Part shown: positions 8,016 to 18,507 of the stretch, piece after piece | Numbering within the stretch: the first letter of the stretch is position 1 | How the letters are laid out: every line of letters starts with the position of its first letter | Source of the DNA: Planctomycetota bacterium | GTDB lineage: Bacteria; Planctomycetota; SZUA-567; H5-PLA8 | NCBI GenBank assembly: GCA_038227875.1 | Contig: JBBRPR010000009.1 | Location: 1 to 64,000 of the forward strand | Reading direction: 5' to 3' | DNA: 64,000 nucleotides | The notes under the pieces: generated by a model | The model's input: only the letters and a program-made list of their open reading frames with translations | The model's database searches: none | What the model was told of the DNA's origin: nothing | Program-made: the position numbers and the translations under genes

Positions 8016-9874
8016 AAACGCCGCTCCAGACGCACGACTGCGATTTCGTCAGCGCCAACTTGAGCCCCTATGTCGAACGCCTGCTCGATTCGCGCGACGT
8101 TCAAGGTGTCGACGCGCACCTCAAGGAGTGCGGGACGTGCCGGCAGGAAGTGAAGAACTTCCGCGTCGTCCATCAGATCCTCGAAGACGTTCCCGCCGGA
8201 ATGGATCGCGAGCCGGAAGCGGAACTCGCCGCCGCCGGACCCAGCGCATGGGAGCGCTTCAGCGGCGCGCCCTGGTGGGCCGTCTCGCTGGCGCTGCATG
8301 TGCTCGTGATCGCGCTGGCCAGCATCGTCAGCATGGCCATCACGCTGCCCAACTCCGACGACGCCGTGGTGATGATGACCGAACTGCAGGCGCGTCCGGT
8401 CCTCCCCGAAGAAGAGAAGAAAAAAGTCGAACCTCCGGAAACAGCGCTGCTCTCGAAGAGAGACACCGAAGCCACCGATCCCACCTCGAAGGAAGCCAGC
8501 GAGATCACCGTGCCGCCGGACATCCTGGCCAAGGCCGAACTCGGCGACCATTTTGAAACCGTGAACCTCGATCGTCCCGACACCGCCAGCGCGTACGGCA
8601 ACGAAGACTCGAAGTCCTTCCACTCGGTCACCGGAAATGCGGAAGCTCCCGGCGGCGGCGGAACTGGCGGAGTCGGGATGGAAGATCTGATCGGCGTGGG
8701 CGGAGGCGGTACGCGCGGCACCGGCGGTGGTTTTGGCGGCGGAGATGGAACCGGCACGGGCGTGCAGTCCGGCGCGGGTCACGGCAGCTTCGGCAACCGC
8801 AACGGCGGCGGCCGACGCCTGATGGTCAAGAAGCACGGCGGCTCGAAGGCCACTGAATCCGCCGTGGACGTCGCGCTGCGCTGGCTGGCGTACCATCAGG
8901 AAGCCGACGGCCACTGGGACAGCATGAAGTACGGCGCGTCTAAAAAGTGCGACACCGCAATGACCGGCCTGGCGACGCTGGCCTTCCTGGGCGCGGGCAA
9001 TACCGAACGCGTCGGCCCCTGGAAAGACAACGTCAAGCGCGCGATCGGCTGGTTCAAAGGCATGCAGGCCGACAACGGCATGATCTACGACAAGAGCGAC
9101 ACGGCCAGCTACGGCCCCGGTTACGGCGCCGCCATCGCGACACTCGCCGTCGCCGAAGCCGCCGGCATGGGCAACGTGAAAGAAACCCGCGAGATGGCCC
9201 AGAAGGCCATTAACTACTGCACCGAAATCCACCAGACCGGCGAAGGCTCCGACAAGCTCGGCTGGCGTTACGGCGCGAAGGACAAGACCGACGACATCTC
9301 CGTCTCCGGCTGGTTCATCATGGCGCTGAAGTCCGCGAAGGTCGCCGGCCTGCACGTCGATGCGATGGCCTTCGAAGGCGCCATCCGCTACCTCGACAAA
9401 TGCGAAAAGAAAAACGCCGAAGGCGGCGACAGCGGCTACGGCCCGGCCTCCGAGTACATCTACAATCCGCTCGGCGGCCAGACCGGCATCAGTCCGTGTA
9501 CCTGCGCGATCGGGAATCTCTGCCGCCAGTTCACCGGCGTGCCCAAGGAGAATCTGCAGAGCAGCGTCAGCCTGTTCGTCAAGAAATACCACACGCCCAA
9601 ATGGGAAGCCGCCGGCGGCAACAATCTTTACTACTGGTACTACGGCACGCTCTGCGTCTTCCAGCAGGGCGGAGATCTCTGGAAGTCCTGGAACGAATCG
9701 ATGAAGCCGGCGCTCTGCGACAGCCAGTGCAAAGCCGGGGACGACACCGGCAGCTGGACGCCCGGCACGAGCGAACACGAAAAGTGCTGGGGCCGCGTCG
9801 GCGAAACCGCGCTCTGCACGCTCTGCCTGGAAGTCTACTATCGCTACGTCCAACTCGCGCCCGACAAGCAGTAA
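8012..9874 (+). CDS. zf-HC2 anti-sigma domain + TM + Gly-rich linker + prenyltransferase/squalene-cyclase-like repeat domain
   Basis: HLKECGTC zinc motif, WWAVSLALHVLVI TM, ALRWLAYHQEADGHW and YYWYYGT repeats; ATGA overlap with the sigma gene. Confidence 0.85.
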   Translation: MKTPLQTHDCDFVSANLSPYVERLLDSRDVQGVDAHLKECGTCRQEVKNFRVVHQILEDVPAGMDREPEAELAAAGPSAWERFSGAPWWAVSLALHVLVIALASIVSMAITLPNSDDAVVMMTELQARPVLPEEEKKKVEPPETALLSKRDTEATDPTSKEASEITVPPDILAKAELGDHFETVNLDRPDTASAYGNEDSKSFHSVTGNAEAPGGGGTGGVGMEDLIGVGGGGTRGTGGGFGGGDGTGTGVQSGAGHGSFGNRNGGGRRLMVKKHGGSKATESAVDVALRWLAYHQEADGHWDSMKYGASKKCDTAMTGLATLAFLGAGNTERVGPWKDNVKRAIGWFKGMQADNGMIYDKSDTASYGPGYGAAIATLAVAEAAGMGNVKETREMAQKAINYCTEIHQTGEGSDKLGWRYGAKDKTDDISVSGWFIMALKSAKVAGLHVDAMAFEGAIRYLDKCEKKNAEGGDSGYGPASEYIYNPLGGQTGISPCTCAIGNLCRQFTGVPKENLQSSVSLFVKKYHTPKWEAAGGNNLYYWYYGTLCVFQQGGDLWKSWNESMKPALCDSQCKAGDDTGSWTPGTSEHEKCWGRVGETALCTLCLEVYYRYVQLAPDKQ

Positions 9875-10092
9875 CTGAACTCAAGACGGACCATGGAGAC
9901 TACAGTCTCTATGGTCAGAATCCACCATGCGATTTGAGTCGTCGCGTCTCCGATTTTCAGTCAGCGCCACCGCTATATATCGCCCCTCTCCCATGACGGC
10001 CTGCATACATAGCGATGGAACAGGCTTTGCATATCACCCGATGCGCTTCCTACTGAGGAAGTTTGGTTGGGTCTATGTGAGGAGACAAAGAG

Positions 10093-10524
10093 ATGAATGG
10101 AAAGATGATTCTGGCGGCCACGTTGGCGCTGACGCTCGGCACTGCTGCATTCGCGGCGACGGATGTGCCTTCCGGTAGCGTGGAAGTTACCGTGAAGGGT
10201 ATCATGCAGGAAGACAAGGGCGGTATGTTCATCGTCGCGGACGGTGAATACTACGATCTCGTTTTCGGCGACGAGAGCAGCGCCGACATGAAGAAATTTT
10301 TCGGCGGCCTTGAAGGCGATCTCGTCAAGGTGAAGGGCAACCTCGTCGTCGAGAAGTCCAAAGAAGGCAAGACGCGCCTGGTCGTCGTGACCAACGACGT
10401 CGCCCGCCTGCGCGGCGAACGTCCGGCCGTCGTCAAGTATGAACCCCGCGTCATCGAAGAACGCCCCGTTTACGTCGAACGTAGCCGCGGCATCCATCTC
10501 CCGGGCGTGCACATCAACTGGTAA
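10093..10524 (+). CDS. Small exported hypothetical protein
   Basis: GAGGAG RBS, signal peptide ending AFA, host-like codon usage, terminator downstream. Confidence 0.75.
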   Translation: MNGKMILAATLALTLGTAAFAATDVPSGSVEVTVKGIMQEDKGGMFIVADGEYYDLVFGDESSADMKKFFGGLEGDLVKVKGNLVVEKSKEGKTRLVVVTNDVARLRGERPAVVKYEPRVIEERPVYVERSRGIHLPGVHINW

Positions 10525-10545
10525 TTCATTCGGATTGCCCGAAAC

Positions 10546-10578
10546 AAAAAGCCCGGAGCAGCAATGCTCCGGGCTTTT
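10546..10578. terminator. Bidirectional intrinsic terminator
   Basis: AAAAAGCCCGGAGCA-GCAA-TGCTCCGGGCTTTT between convergent genes. Confidence 0.85.
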
Positions 10579-10694
10579 CATTGACTGCTCTCTTCTGCCG
10601 TTCTCTAACCGCCCCGCGACAAAAGTAATCGTTCGACTTCACCCTGCGCAATCCCAACTCTGACCCCTGACCCCTGACCCCTCGGCCGCGAGGC

Positions 10695-11804
10695 CTAAGG
10701 CAACGTCTGGACGCGCGACAGCATATTCAGCGCGCTGCGCCACTCCTTGCGTGCGTGACGGGCCATGCGCAGCGACGTCTTGCGCTTGGCCTTCCAGGCG
10801 CTGCTGGCATCGCGGGCGCGTTCGGCGGCCTGCTGGCGCCAGAGCGCCAGGGACTGTTCGAGCTTCTCCAGCGCCGCGTGCATGCGCTGACGGATCTCCG
10901 CGCCGTACGCCGGTTCGATCTTGGTCAACTTCGATTCCACCTGCTTCATAGCCACCTTCAGACGAACGTGATCGATCTGCGGCTGCGGCGTGGCGTGAAG
11001 TTCCGAGGTCAAGCCGATCAGGCGCATCCCGCGGATGAACCACTTGGCCGGGTCCCACTGGTACCAGCGGATGCCGTTGCGGAAGTCCGACGGAAAGCGG
11101 TGGTGGAAGCTGTGATAACCTTCGCCCAGCGTTACCAATGCCACCATCCAATTGTCACGCGCGGAGACTTCACTGTCGAATTCCTGCGAACCGACGTGGT
11201 GCGCCAGCGAGTTCACGAAGAAGGTGGTGTGATGAATGATGACGATACGCAGGAAGCCGCCCCACAGCAGTCCGGCGATGGGATTGCCGAAATACGCACC
11301 GATCAGCGTCGGCAATCCGAAACCCACGATTAGACCGATGGACTTGTACCAGCGGTGCTGCCACTGCACGATCGGATCGGCCTTCAAGTCGCGGACATTG
11401 TCGAGATCGTAATGAGACTCTTCGAAAATCCAGAGGATGTGCGCCCACCAGAATCCGCGCTTGATCGAATACGGATCCCAGTCGCTGTCGACCTTGGAAT
11501 GGTGCACGCGGTGGCCGGCACACCACAGCAGAATCGAATTCTGCACGGCCATCGCACCAAAGATGGCGAAGAAGCCCTGGATGAGCGGCGAGCACTCATA
11601 ACTTTTGTGCGAGTAGTAGCGGTGGTAACCGGCGCAGATCGACAGGCCGACCAGCGTGTACATGCCGAGGGTCAGCAGCGGCATCCACCACGCAAAGCCG
11701 TAGTGAACCGTATACAGCGCGGTGCCAACGATGCCGATCAACGGCGTCAGCGACAAAAATAGAATGTTGGTCCAGTCTTTCTTCCCGGTGCTTAGGACGT
11801 TCAT
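10695..11804 (-). CDS. Delta-9 acyl-CoA/acyl-lipid fatty acid desaturase
   Basis: His boxes HRYYSH, HRVHH, HSFHH; NSLAH; C-terminal helical extension. Confidence 0.93.
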   Translation of the reverse strand: MNVLSTGKKDWTNILFLSLTPLIGIVGTALYTVHYGFAWWMPLLTLGMYTLVGLSICAGYHRYYSHKSYECSPLIQGFFAIFGAMAVQNSILLWCAGHRVHHSKVDSDWDPYSIKRGFWWAHILWIFEESHYDLDNVRDLKADPIVQWQHRWYKSIGLIVGFGLPTLIGAYFGNPIAGLLWGGFLRIVIIHHTTFFVNSLAHHVGSQEFDSEVSARDNWMVALVTLGEGYHSFHHRFPSDFRNGIRWYQWDPAKWFIRGMRLIGLTSELHATPQPQIDHVRLKVAMKQVESKLTKIEPAYGAEIRQRMHAALEKLEQSLALWRQQAAERARDASSAWKAKRKTSLRMARHARKEWRSALNMLSRVQTLP

Positions 11805-12035
11805 GCAGGATCTTTCTTTGCAAGGCTGACGAGTGAGGTGATGGTGGGCTTTGCGCGGAGGCGAAACCGAACTATCGAACCTGATGTTTACACTCTTATC
11901 TTATGTGTTGTGTACACGCTTCTCAATTCCTTATTGTACAAAAACATGGTAATTCCAGCGAGTATTTTTGCGTCGCACATTTTTGTTTCGCAGGATTAAA
12001 ATGGACTCGGCTTTTTTTCGCACAGTTAAGAGCGC

Positions 12036-12752
12036 GTGAGCAAAATTGACGTGAACCGAACAGTCCTTCTTACCTTGGCGATTCTGGGAAGCGGCGTTGC
12101 CTTTTTGATAATGCAACCCGTCGAACGCCATCCTGTGGAGCCGCCTCGCACGGAAAGTCTTCGCGACTTCCTGAAGCGCGGGCCGGCGTGTTACCACTGG
12201 AGCGAACTCTCGAACGATCCGCATCGGACCCATTCCGGCGGTCTGCTTTTTCTCCTGCACGGCGATCGCGTATTCAGCACGGCGTGGTATACCACGGCCC
12301 ATCCGGCGCGGGCCTGGCCGGTCGTAGCTGGGATCGGATTTGTCGAAGGTAACACGATCCAGATCGCTTACCGCAACGCCACCGGCGATCCTGCTCACGC
12401 TTTTTATCACGCAGCGTGCCGCTTCGAGATCGATCCACGAATGCATACGTTCCGCTGCTGGTTCACGCAACAGGCTCAGGACGGCGACGAACCGTCTCCC
12501 GGCGCTGCCGAGGGCACGCTCGCCGACGCCGATGATCCGGAGTTCGATGACTACCTGCCGATGGCCAGGACTCGCGCCGAACTTGCGGATGAGCCGGTGG
12601 AAAACGACCGCTGTCCGGTCCTCTCCGAAAACCCGGGCAAGGTTGAGTTCGAATTTTTCTTTCAAGGGAGGTACTTCCACTTCTGCTGTCCCAGCTGCAT
12701 GAACGTCTTTAAGGCGCGGCCGGAGTCGTTTGTGAACCGGCCCGGACCGTAA
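12036..12752 (+). CDS. Membrane-anchored hypothetical protein with C-terminal YHS/TRASH-like domain
   Basis: N-terminal TM; CPV...FQGRYFHFCCPSCMNVFKARPESF. Confidence 0.7.
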   Translation: MSKIDVNRTVLLTLAILGSGVAFLIMQPVERHPVEPPRTESLRDFLKRGPACYHWSELSNDPHRTHSGGLLFLLHGDRVFSTAWYTTAHPARAWPVVAGIGFVEGNTIQIAYRNATGDPAHAFYHAACRFEIDPRMHTFRCWFTQQAQDGDEPSPGAAEGTLADADDPEFDDYLPMARTRAELADEPVENDRCPVLSENPGKVEFEFFFQGRYFHFCCPSCMNVFKARPESFVNRPGP

Positions 12753-12757
12753 CGCGT

Positions 12758-13417
12758 TCACGGCTGTTGCGGCTGCTGATCGGCCAGCAGCACATCGAAA
12801 TGACTTTTCCACAGCGCATCGATGAAACGGTCGACCGAGTCGCCGCGCACACGCAGAAAGACCAGATGATGATCCTTGTCGACCGGCTGCGTCGTGAGGC
12901 TCAGCACTTCGAGATTGTGCGTCTGGCAGCGCGCGATCACTTCGTAAAACGTTTTGGTCTTATTGGCGATCACCATGCGAAAGCAGACGCGGCGACCCTC
13001 GCCGATGTGCGCGAGCTGAGACATCGCCTTCAGGTAATCGGTCTCGGTGATGATGCCGACCAGCTTTTCCTTGTCGAGCACCGGCAGCGCGCCGATCTTA
13101 TGATTACACATCATCACGCCGACGTCCTCCAGCGTGGTTGCGGGCGTGCAGGTGACCAGTTCCTTGCGCATGACATCGCCGACGGTCGTCTTCACCAGCG
13201 TGTACTCGACGCTCATCGGCAGCGCTACTTTGTCCTCACCGCCCGGTGGCAGAAAGCGGTAGAGATCGGAGAGCGAAACGATGCCCACCAGTTTCTCGTT
13301 CTGAAGCACGGGCAGCCGGCGGCAGACCCTCCGATGCAACAGTTCCATCGCCGCCTTCAGCGTCGTCTCGGGTCTGGTCGAGCAGACGTTTTGAGTCATG
13401 AAATAGCGCACAAACAT
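12758..13417 (-). CDS. CBS-pair protein, AcuB-like
   Basis: RRLPVL...LVGIVSLSDL and IGALPVL...LVGIITETD; ACT-like C-terminus. Confidence 0.88.
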   Translation of the reverse strand: MFVRYFMTQNVCSTRPETTLKAAMELLHRRVCRRLPVLQNEKLVGIVSLSDLYRFLPPGGEDKVALPMSVEYTLVKTTVGDVMRKELVTCTPATTLEDVGVMMCNHKIGALPVLDKEKLVGIITETDYLKAMSQLAHIGEGRRVCFRMVIANKTKTFYEVIARCQTHNLEVLSLTTQPVDKDHHLVFLRVRGDSVDRFIDALWKSHFDVLLADQQPQQP

Positions 13418-13543
13418 AAACCGTCCCCCGCCGGAAATATTCACGGTCCCGGCATAGCATCCGTTCTATACTCAAAGCCCATGCCATAACGCGGGCCTGA
13501 AAAGGGGTCTATATGAGGCGTGGCGCGGCATATCTTGCCGTCT

Positions 13544-16303
13544 TCAGGTCTTTCGCGTAACCACAGTCATCTGCGCTGTCTGGGCGAAGTCCCGAGGCGG
13601 GACGACGGTCGCTTTTACGCCCTTGGGCAAAGAGATATAGAGCTGCAGTTGCCCCGCGTCGATGCGCCAGTCCACATGAATCGAACCCTTGCGATGCGGC
13701 GCCGAGCCGCGTGCCCAGGCCACATCGGCGAACTGAGGCGCGATGATGAGTTCGTCCGGCTTGCCGGGTTTGGCCGGCCGTACGCCCAGTGTCCGCTCAA
13801 TGAAAACTTGCAGCGGCGCGCCGCTCCACGCATGGCACAGGCTGCCGTGGCCGTCGAACACTTCCCACAACGTCCACGCGCCGCCGCTGCGCATCAGGCC
13901 GTAGTTGTTGCGAATGGCGCGCTCCGCTTCGCGTACTTTTCCGGCTCCGTAAAGCAGGTTGAGCAGGTAATAGAAGAAGTACGTCTCGGCATGCCCCGGC
14001 TTCAGCGCGTGATTGGTCTCCGTCTCCACGAGCACGAACTTCAGCGCGGACGCGTGTTGAGCCGGCGAGGCCAATCCGAATAGCAGCGCCAGAATGTTGC
14101 TGTGAATCGCGCCATCGGTCACGAGCGCACCGGCCGCGCGTGTCGCTGCGAAGCGTTCGTGCTCCGCATCCCACAACGACTGGAAGGCCTTGCGGACTCG
14201 CGCCGCTTCCTTTTTGTACGCAGCCGCTTCCTTCGTCTTGCCGAGAACTCCCGCCAATTCCGCCGCGCAATTCAGCGCGTGATAACGGAATGCGTTGAGC
14301 GGGCCGCTCTCGCCCTTCTTCGTCGCCGCCGTTGCGCCCCAGTCACAGAAGACGCTCAGGCCGTCGGCATTCCACAGTCCCGACGCTTCTTCCTTCCAGA
14401 GAGAACTGGCGAACAGTGGTTCCATCGACGGCCACAACTCTGCCGCGAGCGCCTTGTCGCCGGTGACGCTCCAGAAATCGCGCAGCGCGATGACCCAGAT
14501 CAACGTGTAGTCGGGCAGCGCCGTCCAATGGTACGACGGCGCGACGTCTTGCATCTGTCCGTTGTCTGTCTGCGCTTTGGCCCACAGCCACAGGCAACGC
14601 CGCATCAGCGCAAGGTCCGACGTGACCGCGCGCGTTGCGTGCAACTCCGCCAGCGCGTCGCCGAGGTAGCAGCCGCGCTCGCGCCACGGGCAGTCGGTAT
14701 ACGAATCCTCCATGCACGCCTGCAGCGTCGGGATTCCCGTCTGGTAAATCCAATTAAAGAGCGGATCGGAGCTGGTGAACGCGCCATCAACGTGGAGCGG
14801 ATAGGCCGTCTGTCGGATCGCCACGCGTTTGAGCGTGACGGGTCCCGTCGCGCCGCGCACGGTCACTTGCAGATACCGCCCGCCGCGCGGATGGAATCCT
14901 TCGAGCTGCTCCGCGCCGCCGCGCGAGACAAAGCGGTCGGCGGAATTGATCGCCCAGTTGGTTTCGAAAATGTTGAGCATGCCGTCGGCGCGCAGGCGTT
15001 CGTCGTTAACCACATCGAAGACCGTTCCCGTGGGCGCATCAATATCGAGCAGCGCGTGCCCGATGTACTCGCCGGCGAAATCGAAAACGAGCGTCGCGTC
15101 TTTGCCCGCGGGAATCCGCACGTCTGAGACCGCGTACGGATCGAGCGCCAATTTTGCTCCTGCGCGGTCCCAGCCCGCTTCGCGAGCGGGGAGGGGGAGA
15201 CGTTGTCCGCGAGCGACATGAGTCCACTGCGCGCCGCCTGGAAGTTCGAACAACTCCTGCACGGATTTGGGAATCGCTTTGCGCCGCGCCTCCAGTTCGT
15301 CGCGCGAGATCGCGCCGCTGTGCAGGCACGTCTCGGTGGCGTTCTGGTCCGGCGATGCGGCGAAAATCAGGCCGCGATCAGCGGGCAGTCCCAGCAGCAC
15401 GCCCCAACCCTCCTCGAGAATTTCGGGCTCGCCGTAGAGGAAATTCCAGCCCTGCTTCAACTGCAGCGTGAAGTTCTCGCGGTTGCCCTGGCCCGGCGCA
15501 CGTTCCGCTTTCAGCGCAACGCCATTGAGATAGTGCGGTCCCCAGAACGCGCCGAGCGTCGCGTCGTGTTCGGACGGAGCAAAGATGTGCGTCGCGTAGC
15601 AGACGCGCACCCGATTTCCGCCCAGCGGCGGCCGCGCGTTGTTGACCATGAAGCCGACGCGCATCTCGCTGGCGTCGAGCTCCGCGGCCAGCAGAATCCT
15701 TTCCGGCGTGCGGATCGTCCGCGTCAGCAGCGGAATCGAGCGCCCGCGCATCGGACCCCAGCTGTCCTGTTTCGCGAGCACCACCGGCGCCTGCCAAGCG
15801 GCGTCGCCATCCGCGCCGTTGAACCAATCCGGCGGAACCTGGCGCAGATCGACAATCTCCGTCGGTCCCTGCGCGAAGCTGAAGGGCGGCGATTCGCTCA
15901 GCCACGCCTCGGCGCGCCGCGCTTTCCAATTTCCGGGAGTTTGAAAATCGACGCGGCCTGAACCCGCTCCAATCGCGCCCCACGCAATGAATCCGCCGAT
16001 GCTCGGCAGCGATTCAAACGAACTGGCTCCCTTACTGTTGGCTTCGACGACCACCACGTTGCGTCCCTTCTTCAGGAACGGCGCGAGATCGACGCTGTCG
16101 AACTCCGGCGCTTTTGGCGTGAAGCGCGCTGGACCATACGACGCCACCGCGCCGTTGACGCGCAGGCGGTAACGCGTATCGGCGAAGAGATGGAGCAGCG
16201 CCGCCTTCGGCACGGTTTTCAGCGTGAACGTGCGCCGGAATATTGCGAAGACGTTGCGGCCGGTGCCATGCGCGTCGGTCCAGACAAACAAGGGCGTGCT
16301 CAT
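13544..16303 (-). CDS. Alpha-L-rhamnosidase-like glycoside hydrolase (GH78)
   Basis: ADTRYRLRVNG, DCPWRERGCYLGD, TLWE and SLCHAWS motifs. Confidence 0.9.
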   Translation of the reverse strand: MSTPLFVWTDAHGTGRNVFAIFRRTFTLKTVPKAALLHLFADTRYRLRVNGAVASYGPARFTPKAPEFDSVDLAPFLKKGRNVVVVEANSKGASSFESLPSIGGFIAWGAIGAGSGRVDFQTPGNWKARRAEAWLSESPPFSFAQGPTEIVDLRQVPPDWFNGADGDAAWQAPVVLAKQDSWGPMRGRSIPLLTRTIRTPERILLAAELDASEMRVGFMVNNARPPLGGNRVRVCYATHIFAPSEHDATLGAFWGPHYLNGVALKAERAPGQGNRENFTLQLKQGWNFLYGEPEILEEGWGVLLGLPADRGLIFAASPDQNATETCLHSGAISRDELEARRKAIPKSVQELFELPGGAQWTHVARGQRLPLPAREAGWDRAGAKLALDPYAVSDVRIPAGKDATLVFDFAGEYIGHALLDIDAPTGTVFDVVNDERLRADGMLNIFETNWAINSADRFVSRGGAEQLEGFHPRGGRYLQVTVRGATGPVTLKRVAIRQTAYPLHVDGAFTSSDPLFNWIYQTGIPTLQACMEDSYTDCPWRERGCYLGDALAELHATRAVTSDLALMRRCLWLWAKAQTDNGQMQDVAPSYHWTALPDYTLIWVIALRDFWSVTGDKALAAELWPSMEPLFASSLWKEEASGLWNADGLSVFCDWGATAATKKGESGPLNAFRYHALNCAAELAGVLGKTKEAAAYKKEAARVRKAFQSLWDAEHERFAATRAAGALVTDGAIHSNILALLFGLASPAQHASALKFVLVETETNHALKPGHAETYFFYYLLNLLYGAGKVREAERAIRNNYGLMRSGGAWTLWEVFDGHGSLCHAWSGAPLQVFIERTLGVRPAKPGKPDELIIAPQFADVAWARGSAPHRKGSIHVDWRIDAGQLQLYISLPKGVKATVVPPRDFAQTAQMTVVTRKT

Positions 16304-16478
16304 CGCTGCGAATTTCCTGGAGGCTCAAATGTGAAGGGATGTGAGGAAGCCTAGCCGAAGAATGCGGACCCGCAATTCCGGACTGTCGCCTGTCTCAACG
16401 GCGGGCAGCGCAGTTTGTAGTCCGTGTGAACGCTATCGAATCGGGGATGGGTAAGGCGGAGAAGAAAAAGAGAGCGGT

Positions 16479-16706
16479 TTAGTTTTTCTCTTTGCTGTTG
16501 GGATTCGAATCATAGACGCGCGTGAACGTGCAGATTCCGTTGGCGTCTACGTGGAGCTTGTAATTGGTATCACAGGCCTTGCAGAAAAGGATGCTGACCA
16601 TGTTGGGAGATGCGTTAACGACCTTAAACACCTCCGGAGAAGGGCAATCGGGATTGTCGCATCGATGGGTAACAGTCATGGGTGGGAGTTTAATAAGTGT
16701 CATCAA
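16479..16706 (-). CDS. Small Cys-rich, zinc-ribbon-like hypothetical protein
   Basis: CDNPDC and CKAC pairs; fills a low-GC gap in the same orientation as both neighbours. Confidence 0.5.
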   Translation of the reverse strand: MMTLIKLPPMTVTHRCDNPDCPSPEVFKVVNASPNMVSILFCKACDTNYKLHVDANGICTFTRVYDSNPNSKEKN

Positions 16707-16898
16707 AACGCACGGCGATTTCTCAGGATTGAGAATTATAAGTCAATGTCTGTCCCGGGTTTGAGAAAACAATAAATAATCATATCCAGCGATTAGAACC
16801 AAAGGCTATATTATCAGTATGGAATCTTGATTACGGGATGTGCTCGCGCCGATCGACGCGAGGGTCGCAATCAAAATCAATAGGTGCGTGCCACGCGA

Positions 16899-18371
16899 TT
16901 ACTCTGGAATGCGAATATGCTGTGGCGTTTTCTTCTGGTACGCGGCGGCGATTTTCAGCAGACCGACTTCATCAAAATGCTTGCCCATCAGCTGCATGCC
17001 CACCGGCAGGCCGGCCTGTGTGAAGCCGCAATTGAGCGAGATGCCCGGCACCGCCGCGAGGTTCGCAGAGATCGTGAAGATGTCCGAGAGGTACATCGCC
17101 AGCGGATCGTCGGTCTTCTCGCCCATCTTGAACGCGGCCGTCGGCGAGGTTGGACAGAGAATCGCGTCGACTTTCGTGTACGCCGCATCGAAATCGGCGC
17201 GGACCAGCGCGCGCACTTTCTGCGCCTTCAAATAATACGCATCGTAGTAACCGCTGGAGAGCGCGTACGTGCCGAGCATGATGCGCCGCTTCACCTCCGA
17301 GCCAAAACCTTCCGCGCGCGACTTGGCGTAGAGATCGACCAGGCCGACTTTTTCCTTCGTGCGGTGCCCGTAATGGACGCCATCGAAGCGCGCGAGATTG
17401 GACGACGCTTCCGCCGTCGCGACGACGTAGTACACAGCGGTCGCGTAATCGGTGTGCGGCAGCGAGATCTCAATGATCTCCGCGCCGAGTTCCTTGTACA
17501 CGGCGATCGCGGCCTTGATCAGCTGATCGACTTCCGCGTGGGTGCCGGGGATGAAATATTCCTTCGGGATGCCAATCCGCACGCCCTTCAGCGCATCGGG
17601 GCTGGGCAGATTGTACAGTTCGTCGGGCACCGCGCGCTTGGCGCAGGTCGCGTCTTGAATGTCCGCGCCGCTCATCACGCCGGTGATCAGCGCCGCGTCG
17701 TCGGCGTTGCGTGAGAACGGGCCGATCTGGTCGAGCGAACTGGCGAAGGCGATCAGACCATAGCGCGAAATGCGGCCGTACGTCGGCTTCAACCCGGTGA
17801 TGCCGCAAAACGCCGCTGGCTGGCGGATCGAACCGCCGGTATCGGAGCCCAGCGAAAGCGGCGCAATTCCCGCGGCCACGGCCGCCGCGGAGCCCCCCGA
17901 CGAGCCGCCGGGAACGCAATCCAGATTCCACGGATTGCGCGTGGTTCCGAACGCCGAGTTTTCCGTCGAGCTGCCCATCGCGAATTCGTCGAGATTGGTT
18001 TTGCCGAGCGGGATGCCGCCCTCATCGAAAATCTTCTGCACCGCCGTGGCCGTGTAAGGTGGGACGTAGTTTTCGAGAATCTTCGAGGAGCAGGTCGTGC
18101 GAGTGTTGATGACGCAGAGGTTGTCCTTGATCGCCACCGGCACGCCGGCCAGTCGTCCCAGCTTTCCGCCGGAAGCCACCGCCGCATCGACGTTCTTCGC
18201 CGCCGCCAGCGCCGCGTCGTCGAGAATCTGGTTGAACGCTTTCAGCTTGGGATCGAGCGCGTGCGCGCGTTCCAGCGCGGCCTTCGTGATTTCGGTGGCC
18301 GAGAACTTTTTCGACTTCACGCCATCCGCAATTTGCCGGGCCGTGAGCTGGCTGTACGTCTTTGAATCCAC
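16899..18371 (-). CDS. gatA: Asp-tRNA(Asn)/Glu-tRNA(Gln) amidotransferase subunit A
   Basis: GKTNLDEFAMGSSTENS, PGGSSGGS, SDTGGSIRQPA, RRIMLGTYALSSGYYDAYY; GTG 18371 after GGAGGA. Confidence 0.97.
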   Translation of the reverse strand: MDSKTYSQLTARQIADGVKSKKFSATEITKAALERAHALDPKLKAFNQILDDAALAAAKNVDAAVASGGKLGRLAGVPVAIKDNLCVINTRTTCSSKILENYVPPYTATAVQKIFDEGGIPLGKTNLDEFAMGSSTENSAFGTTRNPWNLDCVPGGSSGGSAAAVAAGIAPLSLGSDTGGSIRQPAAFCGITGLKPTYGRISRYGLIAFASSLDQIGPFSRNADDAALITGVMSGADIQDATCAKRAVPDELYNLPSPDALKGVRIGIPKEYFIPGTHAEVDQLIKAAIAVYKELGAEIIEISLPHTDYATAVYYVVATAEASSNLARFDGVHYGHRTKEKVGLVDLYAKSRAEGFGSEVKRRIMLGTYALSSGYYDAYYLKAQKVRALVRADFDAAYTKVDAILCPTSPTAAFKMGEKTDDPLAMYLSDIFTISANLAAVPGISLNCGFTQAGLPVGMQLMGKHFDEVGLLKIAAAYQKKTPQHIRIPE

Positions 18372-18507
18372 GTTCGTCCTCCATCGGTGTAGGCATATAG
18401 TACGGATGGCGCGGCGGTGAGCAAGTGACACGGGGCGACGGAATTTTCTTACTTTCACTTCGTCCGCGTTGTATGCAGGGCTGGTCTATTAAAAGGTGGG
18501 GACGCCA

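Noticed and set aside
7958..9853. 631-aa minus-strand ORF
   Set aside because: Antisense shadow of a high-GC gene.
8012..9874. True squalene-hopene cyclase
   Set aside because: No DxDD motif, only one barrel, and an anti-sigma/TM N-terminus.
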